Source of the DNA: Oscillospiraceae bacterium
GTDB lineage: Bacteria > Bacillota > Clostridia > Oscillospirales > CAG-272
DNA: 64,000 nt
Direction: 5' to 3'
NCBI GenBank assembly: GCA_015064085.1
Contig: SVSX01000003.1
Coordinates: 9,145 to 73,144 of the forward strand
A program made the translations under genes and the position numbers. Below, in pieces: positions 36,215-45,540 of this stretch. A model generated the notes under the pieces. It did no database searches and was not told the origin of the DNA. It saw only the letters and a program-made list of their open reading frames with translations. Position 1 is the first letter of the stretch. Each line of letters starts with the position of its first letter.

Positions 36215-36518
36215 AGCCGCAGCCTCCTTTCTTTTCTCCGCAAAGGAAGGGAAGGTCGAGCTCCTTGAAGATAGTTCCTCTCTGGAAGCCCGTTTCAAGC
36301 TCGTAGATCTCCTGCCATTCCTGTATCGGCGAGAAGACAGATGCCAAGGGGTAGCCGTGAAGCCCCCACGTGCTTCCCTCGCGTTCGCATTCGCACTCAT
36401 GTGACTGTCTTTGCTCTCGGCGGCAGCCTGTGTGCCTTGTGAGCTCCTCGAAGGCGCGCTGCTGCAGAGGGCAGACAGAGCCCTCACGGGAGGGTGTCGT
36501 TTTGTTGTCGTTATACAT
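36204..36518 (-). CDS. cotJA: spore coat-associated protein CotJA
   Basis: C-terminal ...PIQEWQEIYELETGFQRGTIFKELDLPF matches the CotJA signature. First gene of the cotJABC order. Confidence 0.8.
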   Translation of the reverse strand: MYNDNKTTPSREGSVCPLQQRAFEELTRHTGCRREQRQSHECECEREGSTWGLHGYPLASVFSPIQEWQEIYELETGFQRGTIFKELDLPFLCGEKKGGCGCVK

Positions 36519-36628
36519 AATGATCTTTAAAGCCTTTCGCGTATTGGCACGGTGTGCCTACTTTGAGTATATGCTTTTTTGTCGGTGGCTGTCAAAAAAG
36601 ATAAAATAAAAAATTTTTTTGGATATAC

Positions 36629-36657
36629 TTAACTTTTTGCTCTGTTTGTGGTACAAT
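36629..36657 (+). promoter_or_regulatory. extended -10 promoter upstream of the small winged-helix gene
   Basis: TTAACT, 17 nt, TGg-TACAAT (36652-36657). Confidence 0.45.
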
Positions 36658-36688
36658 ATGCTTGAGGCTGAGAACGGAGGATTTGAAT

Positions 36689-36973
36689 GTGAGACGGGAC
36701 AGGCATTTGCTTTTTGACGAGAGCAAGAAAAAGGTATATTATCTCAGATACGATATGAAGCTGACCGAGAGGGAGTATGATGTGCTGGATGCCATATCGC
36801 TTCTTGGCAGAGCGGGAACGGATGAGATAATCGAGCATTGCGGACTTTCAGATAAAAGCCGTGGGAATGTTGCGGTACATATCTGTTCGTTGAACAGGAA
36901 GGCGGATATAATCGGTGAAAGAAGGTTGATACTGTATGCCGATCACAAATATTTTCTTAACGAGAAAATGTGA
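36689..36973 (+). CDS. small winged-helix (OmpR/PhoB C-terminal-like) DNA-binding protein
   Basis: LTEREYDVLDAI...VAVHICSLNRK resembles the trans_reg_C effector domain without a receiver. GTG start preceded by GGAGG. Confidence 0.5.
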   Translation: MRRDRHLLFDESKKKVYYLRYDMKLTEREYDVLDAISLLGRAGTDEIIEHCGLSDKSRGNVAVHICSLNRKADIIGERRLILYADHKYFLNEKM

Positions 36974-37006
36974 CGAAAAATAACATTTAACGAGAGTCGG
37001 GTTTAT

Positions 37007-37615
37007 ATGAATAAAATAAATTATCAAAAGCTGCTTGACGAGGTGATAGCGAGTGTCGTAAAAAACGATGTGAAGCCGAGACTTCTGCTCCACGCCTGCT
37101 GCGCACCCTGTTCAAGCTATGTATTGGAATATCTTTCCGAATTTTTTGAGATCACTCTTTACTTTTATAATCCTAATATTTTTCCGAGCGAGGAGTATGC
37201 TTTTCGAGCGGAGGAGCTTAAAAGACTTGCCTGTGAAATGACTTTGCCTGAGTCGGTCAAGGTCGAGGTCGAAGACTATAACAGTGATGAATTTTATAAT
37301 AAGATTGCTGGTCGTGAGCGTGATCCCGAGGGAGGCGCAAGATGCAAGATCTGCTATGAGCTAAGGCTTCGCCGTGCTGCCGAATACGCTGCCGAACACC
37401 GATTTGACTATTTTACCACGACCCTTTCCATAAGTCCTTATAAGAATAGCGTCTGGATAAATGAGATCGGGGAGTCGATGGCAAAGGAATATGGGGTGAA
37501 GCATCTGCCATCGGATTTCAAGAAGAATAACGGATATAAGCGCTCTATCGAGCTTTCAAAGGAGTATGAGCTCTACAGGCAGGACTACTGTGGCTGCGAA
37601 TATTCCAAAAAGTAA
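37007..37615 (+). CDS. queH: epoxyqueuosine reductase QueH (DUF208)
   Basis: LLLHACCAPCSSY and RCKICYELR ... DYCGCEYS Cys motifs. Confidence 0.88.
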   Translation: MNKINYQKLLDEVIASVVKNDVKPRLLLHACCAPCSSYVLEYLSEFFEITLYFYNPNIFPSEEYAFRAEELKRLACEMTLPESVKVEVEDYNSDEFYNKIAGRERDPEGGARCKICYELRLRRAAEYAAEHRFDYFTTTLSISPYKNSVWINEIGESMAKEYGVKHLPSDFKKNNGYKRSIELSKEYELYRQDYCGCEYSKK

Positions 37616-37769
37616 GCCGAAAACAAATGATAATAAAAAACACACAATGAACATTTAAAAGCATTTAAAATACTGATTATATAAAAATAAAACATAAATA
37701 AAACGCATAAAATTTGCTTGTTGGACCTCGACGCATTTTTTAATAATTTGTGAAAAATGCAATAAGGGC

Positions 37770-37798
37770 TTGAAAAAAAGTAAAATATGCTATATAAT
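37770..37798 (+). promoter_or_regulatory. sigma-A promoter upstream of the sufC-like gene
   Basis: TTGAAA (37770-37775), 17 nt, TATAAT (37793-37798), in a strongly A-tract-rich region. Confidence 0.6.
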
Positions 37799-37834
37799 AT
37801 ATAAATTAAATTTCATAAGCAAAGGAGGACAAAT

Positions 37835-38548
37835 ATGCTGGAGTTTAAGAACGTATCCTACGCCGTTCCCGACGGGCGCGAGATACTTAAAGATATAAAT
37901 CTGGAAATAAACGATCGTTTTGTGGCGATCACAGGACCTAACGGAAGTGGAAAATCCACAATGGCTAAGCTTATTGCGGGTATAATCACTCCTACGTCGG
38001 GCAAGATCTATTTCGACGGTGAGGATATCACCGATATGGGGATTACAGAGAGGGCTAAAAACGGAATAAGCTTTGCTTTTCAGCAGCCTGTTAGATTTAA
38101 GGGAATAACCGTGAAGCGTCTTCTTTCGCTTGCGGCGGGCAAGAATGCGAGTGTTTCCGAGGCTTGTCGCTACCTTTCCGAGGTCGGACTTTGCGCTAAG
38201 GACTATATAAACCGCGAGGTCGACGGCTCTCTTTCGGGAGGCGAGCTCAAGAGGATAGAGATCGCTATGATAAACGCGAGAGGAACTAAGCTCTCTGTCT
38301 TTGATGAGCCCGAGGCGGGAATCGACCTTTGGAGCTTCAACAATCTCATAAAGGTGTTTGAAAATATGCACGAAAGAACTCACGGAAGTATAGTTATCAT
38401 CTCTCATCAGGAGAGAATTCTTAACATTGCCGATAAGGTAGTGGTGCTTTCGGATGGCGGAATTGCCGAATACGGCACGAAGGATGAGGTGCTTCCCAAG
38501 CTTCTCGACGTTCGCGCGGGTTGCAGATTTACCAAGGAGGGCGTGTGA
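37835..38548 (+). CDS. sufC: SufC-like ABC ATPase
   Basis: Walker A GPNGSGKST, signature LSGGELKR, Walker B LSVFDEPEAGID, H-loop ISHQ. Followed by a SufB/D gene. Confidence 0.8.
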   Translation: MLEFKNVSYAVPDGREILKDINLEINDRFVAITGPNGSGKSTMAKLIAGIITPTSGKIYFDGEDITDMGITERAKNGISFAFQQPVRFKGITVKRLLSLAAGKNASVSEACRYLSEVGLCAKDYINREVDGSLSGGELKRIEIAMINARGTKLSVFDEPEAGIDLWSFNNLIKVFENMHERTHGSIVIISHQERILNIADKVVVLSDGGIAEYGTKDEVLPKLLDVRAGCRFTKEGV

Positions 38549-38549
38549 T

Positions 38550-39467
38550 ATGGATAAGATACAGCAAAATCTTCTTGAACAGATCGCGGGAATACACGAA
38601 GTGCCTCAGGGTGCGTATTCGCTGCGTATAAACGGAAGTCTATATGGCAAAAATTCCTCGGAAAACATTGAGATCGTTAAAAAAGAGGACAAGCCCGGTA
38701 TTGATATTTATATCAAGGCGGGAACGAAGAATGAAAGCGTTCATATTCCTGTTCTTTTGTCTCAAACGGGACTCAAAGAGCTTGTTTATAACGATTTTCA
38801 CATCGGTGAGGACTGTGATGTCACTATAGTTGCGGGGTGCGGAATACACAATTCCGGTTCTGAAGCCTCCGAGCACAGCGGTATTCACTCGTTTTACCTC
38901 GCGGACAGAGCGAAGGTGAGGTATATAGAGAAGCATTACGGCGACGGCGACGGAAACGGTGAGAGGATAATGAATCCCACTACTTACGCTGAGCTTGCCG
39001 AGGATGCTTATCTTGAGATGGAAACGGCGCAGATAAAGGGTGTTGACTCTACTGACAGAGTGACACGAGCTGTTGTTGGGAAGGGAAGTAAGATCATTGT
39101 TCGCGAGAAGATAATGACTCACGGAAAGCAGTACGCGAGAACCGAATTTGAGGTCGATCTCAACGGTGAGGGCTCGGGCGCGCACGTTGTTTCGAGATCT
39201 GTTGCCAGAGATAACTCGGAACAGAAGTTCGTTTCAAGGATAAATGGAAATAACCGTTGCTCGGGACATACCGAATGTGACGCGATAATTATGGACTCGG
39301 CGAAGGTGATCGCTGTTCCTGAGATATTGGCTACCAACCCGGATGCATCGCTTATTCACGAGGCGGCGATTGGAAAGATAGCAGGGGAACAGCTTATAAA
39401 GTTGATGAGCCTTGGACTTACCGAAAAAGAGGCTGAAGAAGAGATCGTAAACGGATTTCTTGGTTGA
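38550..39467 (+). CDS. SufB/SufD family Fe-S cluster assembly protein
   Basis: Start at MDKIQQN. C-terminal beta-helix pattern ...HTECDAIIMD...IHEAAIGKIAGEQLIKLMSLGLTEKEAEEEIVNGFL. Confidence 0.8.
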   Translation: MDKIQQNLLEQIAGIHEVPQGAYSLRINGSLYGKNSSENIEIVKKEDKPGIDIYIKAGTKNESVHIPVLLSQTGLKELVYNDFHIGEDCDVTIVAGCGIHNSGSEASEHSGIHSFYLADRAKVRYIEKHYGDGDGNGERIMNPTTYAELAEDAYLEMETAQIKGVDSTDRVTRAVVGKGSKIIVREKIMTHGKQYARTEFEVDLNGEGSGAHVVSRSVARDNSEQKFVSRINGNNRCSGHTECDAIIMDSAKVIAVPEILATNPDASLIHEAAIGKIAGEQLIKLMSLGLTEKEAEEEIVNGFLG

Positions 39468-39473
39468 TTAGAG

Positions 39474-39516
39474 GCGTTCTTCACGGCATTGTGCCGTGAA
39501 GAACGCTTGCTTTTTT
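39474..39516 (+). terminator. rho-independent terminator after sufBD
   Basis: 15-bp perfect stem GCGTTCTTCACGGCA / TGCCGTGAAGAACGC followed by a T-run. Confidence 0.85.
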
Positions 39517-39992
39517 ATCTTCGAAGAACGATTTAAACACAAAAAGACAGATTAGTAAATAAAAGGTATTTATACACAAAAAATCCATAAATTCCGTTAA
39601 TATAGGGATTTGAACGCATAGCGATGTGAGTATTTGAAAAATAATTTAAAATTTGAGGGTGTAGAAAATTTGAGTTGAAATTTGTGCAAAAATCACAAAA
39701 GAACTTGGCGGTTTTTGGAAAATCCAAATTTCGACATTTTTTGAAAGTGTAAATTAAATTTACTCAATGGTTAATCCGAGCTGAATGATGCTTGAATGTG
39801 GTGAAAAATGCACAAAAAACCCGTTTGATTGACATTAAAATGGAATAATTGAGGTAAAAATAATTTACTATTGTTCTGTGAGGGATGACAATTATGTCAA
39901 AATGACGATTTTAAAAAAGTTTGTCATAACCTCTTGACAAGAAATGTCGACAGTTGGGACTCTGATGGGGCGGTTCTTGGAAAGAGTCGCAC

Positions 39993-40021
39993 TTGACATT
40001 TTTGCTCCGATATGATAATAT
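39993..40021 (+). promoter_or_regulatory. promoter of the large ABC cassette
   Basis: TTGACA (39993-39998), 17 nt, TGa-TAATAT (40016-40021). Leaves a leader of about 230 nt. Confidence 0.55.
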
Positions 40022-40251
40022 ATCGTTACAAAATTGCGGCAAAAACGATCCTGCGGGCTGTTGAAAGCCCGATTTCGTTTTGCCCGTTTAACAATGCAAA
40101 AAAGCATTGGTTAGTTTCGACACCGTAGCGTTTCTGCCGTATGCCGACGGTATACGCGCGTTCCGCGCGGTCGCGCTCGGTGTCAAAGCCCTTTGACGTG
40201 TCTTCCCACGTCTCTGGGTCAATTCTCAAATTCAGCAGGAGGAAAATTCAA

Positions 40252-43200
40252 ATGAGAAAGACGAAATTTCAAAGAATAACCGCTTTTGCGCTGGCTTTGG
40301 TATTTCTGCTTTGCGGTGGTGTTGGTATCAGCGCGGCTGACGTTGGATCATCCGTTACCGACACATCCTTGAGCGACATTAAGGAATTGCTGAACTCAAT
40401 TTCTTATGAGACCTACAGGGAAAACAACGCGGCAGTTCCGCGCGCAGAGGCAGAGGTGGTTATTGACGCTGCTGCGAATTATGTATTCGTGGCTGCTGAC
40501 GGCACAACTGTTTATACACAGGATTCGGTTATCGAAGAGGGTGTAGACAAGAAGAACGTAGCCTATAAGACGGAGTACGACGGCGTAAGCGGTCTGTATG
40601 TTCCCGGTATGGGTACGGTCTCCTGGACGACGGATCAGATCAAGACCGCTGCTAAGTACAGCATTGAGATCGAATACTATCCCGTTCAGAACAAGGCAGC
40701 TTCCATAGAGAGAGTATTTATGGTAAACGGCGCTGTTCCCTTTGCGGAGGCACGTTATCTGACTATCTCCAAGGTATGGAAGAACGTATATGAGGACGGC
40801 GTCTTCAAGCTCGAAGAGGGCGAGAGCGCAGAGTCTTACGTTACTAAGGCTGCGGAGCTTGGCATTAATGCTGTTTCCGAGGCGAGAAGCGACGGAACTT
40901 ACATTATATATAAAATGCCCTCCGTATGGACAAAGGATGTATCCGAGCTTGTTGATTCTCAGACTATCCGCTTCTTCAAGGAAGACATAGATAGAAACGA
41001 GATCAGAGCAAGCCTTGAGCAGGCTCCCGTATGGACCTCTTACGAGTTCCGTGATGCGAACGGCTTCTATCAGGAGTCCTTCGAGTTTGTTCTTGAGCCT
41101 GACGAGAACGGTCTTGTTACCATCTCTCTTGAGTCGGTAAACGAGCCTATCGCTATATCGAAGATCAAGCTTGTTCCTCATACGGGATATATGACCTATG
41201 AGGAGTATATCAAGCAGTACGAGAACGAGCCCGCGGGAACAGATAGAGTAAAGATAGAGGCAGAGTATTTTGCTAACGCTTCTTCTCAGACGATCTATCC
41301 TCTCGAGGACAAAGCGAGTGCTATCACCTCTCCTACGGCTACCGACAGAACTGTTCTCAACACCATAGGCGGTGAGAAGTGGCAGACTGCGGGTCAGTGG
41401 GTAACATATCAGATGCAGGTTGATGCCAGCGGTATGTACGAGATCGCGGCGCGTTACCGCCAGGCGGTGCTCGACGGTATGTTCGTATCCCGTTCACTTC
41501 ACATTTACAGTGATTCCACTGTTGCTCCCGGCGAAAAAGGATATTACAACGGCATTCCCTTTGCTGAAGCAGCTAACCTTCGCTTTGGATATTCTTCGGA
41601 TTGGCAGTCCGATACAGTTAACGACGGTGAGATAGACACATTCAAGTTCTATTTCAAGGAAGGCGTCGTTTACACGATCAAGATTGAGGTTACTCTTGGA
41701 AGTATGGGAGCGATCGTTAATACGGTCCAGAACTCTCTTGACTCGATCAACCAGGATTACCTTAATATACTTAAGCTCACAGGATCTGAGCCCGACGATA
41801 CCCGTGACTACGGCTTCTCAAGAGTAATGCCCGACACGATGGTCGACCTTATCATCCAGTCCCGCACACTTACTAAGGTTGCTGAGCAGCTCGCTGAGGT
41901 AGCGGGAGACAAGAGCTCGATGACCGCTTCTCTTGAAAAGGTCGCAAGACTTCTTGATACTATGGGTAAGGATGAGGACGAGGTCGCTAAGAACCTTGAA
42001 CAGCTCAAATCCAATATCGGTACTCTTGGTACGTGGCTCGGCGATGCGAAGACCCAGCCTCTCCAGCTTGACTTTATCGTCGTTCAGGGTGACGGACAGG
42101 AGCTCCCCGAGGCAGAAGCAAACTTCTTTAAGGCTATGGTTTACGAGTTCACGAGATTCTTCCAGAGCTTCTTCAGAAACTACGACCGTATGGGCGCTCT
42201 TGAGGAGATAGACGAGGAGGATTCCGTTGAGGTATGGCTTGCGTACGGACGTGACCAGACACAGGTTATCCGAAGCCTTATCAACAACGACTTCACACCT
42301 AAGACGAACGTTGCTGTTGACCTTAAGCTCGTTGCGGGCGGTACACTGCTTCCTTCCATTCTTTCGGGAATGGGTCCTGAGGTCTATATAGGACTCGGAC
42401 AGTCTGACGTTATCAACTACGCTATTAGAGGCGCGCTCCTTCCTATTGATAATCAGGCGACCTTTGATGACGCGATCAAGGAGTTCAACGAGGCGGCAAT
42501 GATCGTTCTCGGAATTGAGAACTCCGCAGGTGAGTTCCATTACTATGGACTCCCCGAAACACAGGCGTTTAATATGATGTTCGTTCGTGAGGACGTTCTC
42601 GCGGACCTTGAGATAGAGATCCCCAGAACATGGGATGACGTTCTTGAGGCTATCCCGATACTTCAGGCGAACAATATGATGATCGGTATGCACACCGACT
42701 ACAAGGTATTCCTTTACCAGATGAACGGTGAGCTTTATGCCGACAACGGAATGAGAATCAACCTCGATTCCAACGTTGCGCTTAACGCGTTCAACACAAT
42801 GTGTAACATGTTTACGATGTACTCATTCCCCTACAAGTATGACTTTGCAAACCGTTTCAGAACGGGTGAAATGCCTATCGGATTCGCGGCTTACGCAGCA
42901 ACCTACAACCAGCTCAAGGTATTCGCAACCGAGATCGAAGGTCTTTGGGGCTTCTACCCGATGCCCGGTTACGAGCAGGCTGACGGAAGCATCAACAATG
43001 TTTCGGTTTCCTCAGTATCCGCGATCGTTATGCTTACAGGCTGCCAGGATGAGGCTGGCGCTTGGGAATTTATGAAGTGGCATTCGGGCGCGTCCTGCCA
43101 GATCGAGTACTCCAACGAGATGGTTGCTCTTATCGGTCCTTCCGCTAAGCACTCTACCGCTAACATTGCGGCTCTTGAGAGTATGCCTTGGACGAATGAG

Positions 43201-43680
43201 GAATACATTCAGCTTTCTTACCAGTTCGATAACCTCGCTTCTATTCCTAACTACCCCGGAAGCTATATTATCGACCGTTACACCAACTTCGCGTTCCTTG
43301 ACGCATTCAACAATGCGGCAGACCCCGTAACAGAGCTTCAGAGCTACATTACGACGATCAACAAGGAGATCACACGTAAGCGTACTGAGTTTGAGCTTGA
43401 AACTCTCGATTATGTCGGACAGACACTCGCAGAGAAGAGAATGACTCAGGCAGCAGAAAAGATCGAGGAGCTTAAGACCTCCTCGGGATACACCGCAACA
43501 TACGACGCTGTCTGCCAGAGAGCGATCGACACAATGGATGGCGGTGAAACAGATGACTATGCTTCTCTCAGATCGGCAGCAGATGCTTTTGAAGAAGCAA
43601 ATGCCGAATTCTTCGCCGACGTTATCAAGTATTTGAGAAGCGCCGCAGATTCACTTGAATCGTACGAAGCATATAAATAA
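40252..43680 (+). CDS. giant secreted solute-binding protein: two CBM-like beta-sandwich modules, helical linker, family-1 SBP domain and helical tail
   Basis: AGGAGG RBS before MRKTKFQRI and a signal peptide. CBM6/35-like segment KIEAEYFANASS...GQWVTYQMQVDASGMYEIAARY. SBP core VEVWLAYGRDQTQVIRSLINNDFTPKTNVAVDLKL... Confidence 0.75.
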   Translation: MRKTKFQRITAFALALVFLLCGGVGISAADVGSSVTDTSLSDIKELLNSISYETYRENNAAVPRAEAEVVIDAAANYVFVAADGTTVYTQDSVIEEGVDKKNVAYKTEYDGVSGLYVPGMGTVSWTTDQIKTAAKYSIEIEYYPVQNKAASIERVFMVNGAVPFAEARYLTISKVWKNVYEDGVFKLEEGESAESYVTKAAELGINAVSEARSDGTYIIYKMPSVWTKDVSELVDSQTIRFFKEDIDRNEIRASLEQAPVWTSYEFRDANGFYQESFEFVLEPDENGLVTISLESVNEPIAISKIKLVPHTGYMTYEEYIKQYENEPAGTDRVKIEAEYFANASSQTIYPLEDKASAITSPTATDRTVLNTIGGEKWQTAGQWVTYQMQVDASGMYEIAARYRQAVLDGMFVSRSLHIYSDSTVAPGEKGYYNGIPFAEAANLRFGYSSDWQSDTVNDGEIDTFKFYFKEGVVYTIKIEVTLGSMGAIVNTVQNSLDSINQDYLNILKLTGSEPDDTRDYGFSRVMPDTMVDLIIQSRTLTKVAEQLAEVAGDKSSMTASLEKVARLLDTMGKDEDEVAKNLEQLKSNIGTLGTWLGDAKTQPLQLDFIVVQGDGQELPEAEANFFKAMVYEFTRFFQSFFRNYDRMGALEEIDEEDSVEVWLAYGRDQTQVIRSLINNDFTPKTNVAVDLKLVAGGTLLPSILSGMGPEVYIGLGQSDVINYAIRGALLPIDNQATFDDAIKEFNEAAMIVLGIENSAGEFHYYGLPETQAFNMMFVREDVLADLEIEIPRTWDDVLEAIPILQANNMMIGMHTDYKVFLYQMNGELYADNGMRINLDSNVALNAFNTMCNMFTMYSFPYKYDFANRFRTGEMPIGFAAYAATYNQLKVFATEIEGLWGFYPMPGYEQADGSINNVSVSSVSAIVMLTGCQDEAGAWEFMKWHSGASCQIEYSNEMVALIGPSAKHSTANIAALESMPWTNEEYIQLSYQFDNLASIPNYPGSYIIDRYTNFAFLDAFNNAADPVTELQSYITTINKEITRKRTEFELETLDYVGQTLAEKRMTQAAEKIEELKTSSGYTATYDAVCQRAIDTMDGGETDDYASLRSAADAFEEANAEFFADVIKYLRSAADSLESYEAYK

Positions 43681-43703
43681 AATCTGATAAGGAGAGAAAA
43701 GCA

Positions 43704-44651
43704 ATGTCACAAAAAACGGCAGAGAAAAAGGCTGTTGCGCGCAAGGACATGACAAAGATGCAATGGACGCTTAAAGAGATCAAGCGTAATAAAGTTGCGT
43801 ATTTCATGATCGCGCCTTACATGCTCATCTTTACTTGCTTTACAGTATTGCCTGTTGTGCTTTCGATGTTTATGAGCCTTACCGACTTTAACATGTTGGA
43901 AATGCCCAATATCGTCTGGCTCGACAACTACATCAGACTCTTCCTTGATGATGACATCTTCCTTATAGCCGCTAAGAATACACTTATCTTCGCGGTGATC
44001 GTAGGACCTGTGTCTTATATCATGTCATTTATGGTGGCGTGGTTCATCAACGAATTGTCACCGAAGATAAGAGCTCTCGTAACTCTCGTCTTCTATGCAC
44101 CTTCCATTTCAGGTCAGGTTTACCTCGTATGGGCGACCCTCTTCTCGAGTGACTCCTACGGTTGGGCAAACGCTTGGCTGATGAAGCTTGGAATTATAAC
44201 AAAAGAAATAAACTTCTTCCAGGATGCGAAATACGTAATGCCTCTTTGTATCGTAGTTGCTCTCTGGACGTCTCTCGGTACTTCGTTCCTTTCCTTCATC
44301 GCGGGTCTTCAGGGTGTTGACAGAGCACTCTTTGAGGCAGGCGCTGTTGACGGAATCAAAAACAGATGGCAGGAGCTCTGGTATATCGTACTTCCCAGTA
44401 TGAGACCTCAGCTGATGTTCGGTGCGGTTATGGCTATCACCTCTTCCTTCGGCTTCGGCGGAATAGTTACCGCGCTCTGCGGCTTCCCCTCGGTTGACTA
44501 CGCGGCGCACACCATAATGCACCATCTTGATGACTACGGCTCTCAGCGTTTTGAGATCGGTTACTCATCAACGATAGCGGTTATATTGTTTGCCGTGATG
44601 ATCGGCGCAAATATGCTGGTTAAAAAAGTTCTTTCAAAGGTGGGCGAGTAA
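43704..44651 (+). CDS. sugar ABC transporter permease (MalF/LplB-like), pair 1
   Basis: LplB-type N-terminus (LKEIKRNKVAYFMIAPYML). EAA loop region ALFEAGAVDGIKNRWQELWYIVLP. Confidence 0.85.
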   Translation: MSQKTAEKKAVARKDMTKMQWTLKEIKRNKVAYFMIAPYMLIFTCFTVLPVVLSMFMSLTDFNMLEMPNIVWLDNYIRLFLDDDIFLIAAKNTLIFAVIVGPVSYIMSFMVAWFINELSPKIRALVTLVFYAPSISGQVYLVWATLFSSDSYGWANAWLMKLGIITKEINFFQDAKYVMPLCIVVALWTSLGTSFLSFIAGLQGVDRALFEAGAVDGIKNRWQELWYIVLPSMRPQLMFGAVMAITSSFGFGGIVTALCGFPSVDYAAHTIMHHLDDYGSQRFEIGYSSTIAVILFAVMIGANMLVKKVLSKVGE

Positions 44652-44652
44652 T

Positions 44653-45525
44653 ATGGCAAAGTTAAGAACAAGAAAACATAAAGTCGTACTTGCCCGTTCC
44701 GTCGGTGGTGACATGGGAATCACGGTGATACTGTTCATACTCGGTATTTTCATGTTCCTTCCTATGTATTATACGGTCATCCAGTCTCTCAAGCCTCTTG
44801 ATGAGCTCTGGATGTTCCCCCCGAGATTTTACGTAACACGTCCTACGGGCAGAAACTACACAGACCTGTTCACACTTATGGATACGTCTGTAGTACCTTT
44901 CACAAGATACATCTTCAATACCGTCTTCACATCGGTAACAGGTACATTCGGAAACCTCTTCTTCTCGTCCCTCGCGGCTTACGCAATGGCTAAGATCGCG
45001 TTCCCCGGCGGAAAGACGATGTTTAAGCTGGTAAGAACATCTCTTATGTTCCACCAGACGGTTACCGCGGTAACAAGCTTTATCCTTATGAGTGCTTTCC
45101 ATATCATCGATACATATTGGGCGATCATAATTCCTGCTTGGGCAACCTCCCTTGGACTTTACCTTATGAAGCAGTTTATGGATACCCACGTTAATGACTC
45201 GGTGCTTGAAAGTGCAAGACTTGACGGAGCGAGCGAGCTTAAGACCTGGTGGGTCATCGCAATGCCTATGGTTAAGCCCGCGTGGCTCACACTTATAATC
45301 TATTCGTTCCAGGACCTCTGGAACAGAGGCGCGTCTATCTACATTCACTCCGAGGATCTCAAGTCGTTTAACTACGCGATCCAGCAGATCACAGCCGGAG
45401 GAATCAAGCGTGCCGGTGCAAGTGCGGCGGCAACCGTTATTATGATGATGGTTCCGATACTTGTATTCGTTATAACCCAGTCTAACATCATTGAAACAAT
45501 GGGTTCGAGTGGTATGAAGGACTAA
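44653..45525 (+). CDS. carbohydrate ABC transporter permease (MalG/LplC-like), pair 1
   Basis: EAA motif ESARLDGASELKTWWVIAMPMVKP. Six TM segments. Confidence 0.85.
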   Translation: MAKLRTRKHKVVLARSVGGDMGITVILFILGIFMFLPMYYTVIQSLKPLDELWMFPPRFYVTRPTGRNYTDLFTLMDTSVVPFTRYIFNTVFTSVTGTFGNLFFSSLAAYAMAKIAFPGGKTMFKLVRTSLMFHQTVTAVTSFILMSAFHIIDTYWAIIIPAWATSLGLYLMKQFMDTHVNDSVLESARLDGASELKTWWVIAMPMVKPAWLTLIIYSFQDLWNRGASIYIHSEDLKSFNYAIQQITAGGIKRAGASAAATVIMMMVPILVFVITQSNIIETMGSSGMKD

Positions 45526-45540
45526 TCGGAGGAGGAGAAA

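Noticed and set aside
35918-36487. 189-aa version of the cotJB ORF
   Set aside because: The N-terminal ~90 codons overlap cotJA in another frame and look non-protein-like (Ser/Arg/Ala-rich). A GTG with an AAAGGAGG RBS at 36214 gives a CotJB of normal size.
37621-37769. A-tract-rich periodic sequence (CATTTAAAA twice, ATAAAA series) upstream of the sufC promoter
   Set aside because: It is probably intrinsic AT-rich curved DNA or an UP-element-like region. There is no clear repeat unit or structure to call a distinct feature.
37790-38407. 205-aa minus-strand ORF
   Set aside because: It is antisense to the SufC-like ATPase gene, which has clear Walker and signature motifs.
40141-40251. N-terminal 37-codon extension of the giant SBP ORF
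   Set aside because: It has no RBS, and the extension would precede the signal peptide. The ATG at 40252 has an AGGAGG RBS and starts a typical signal sequence.
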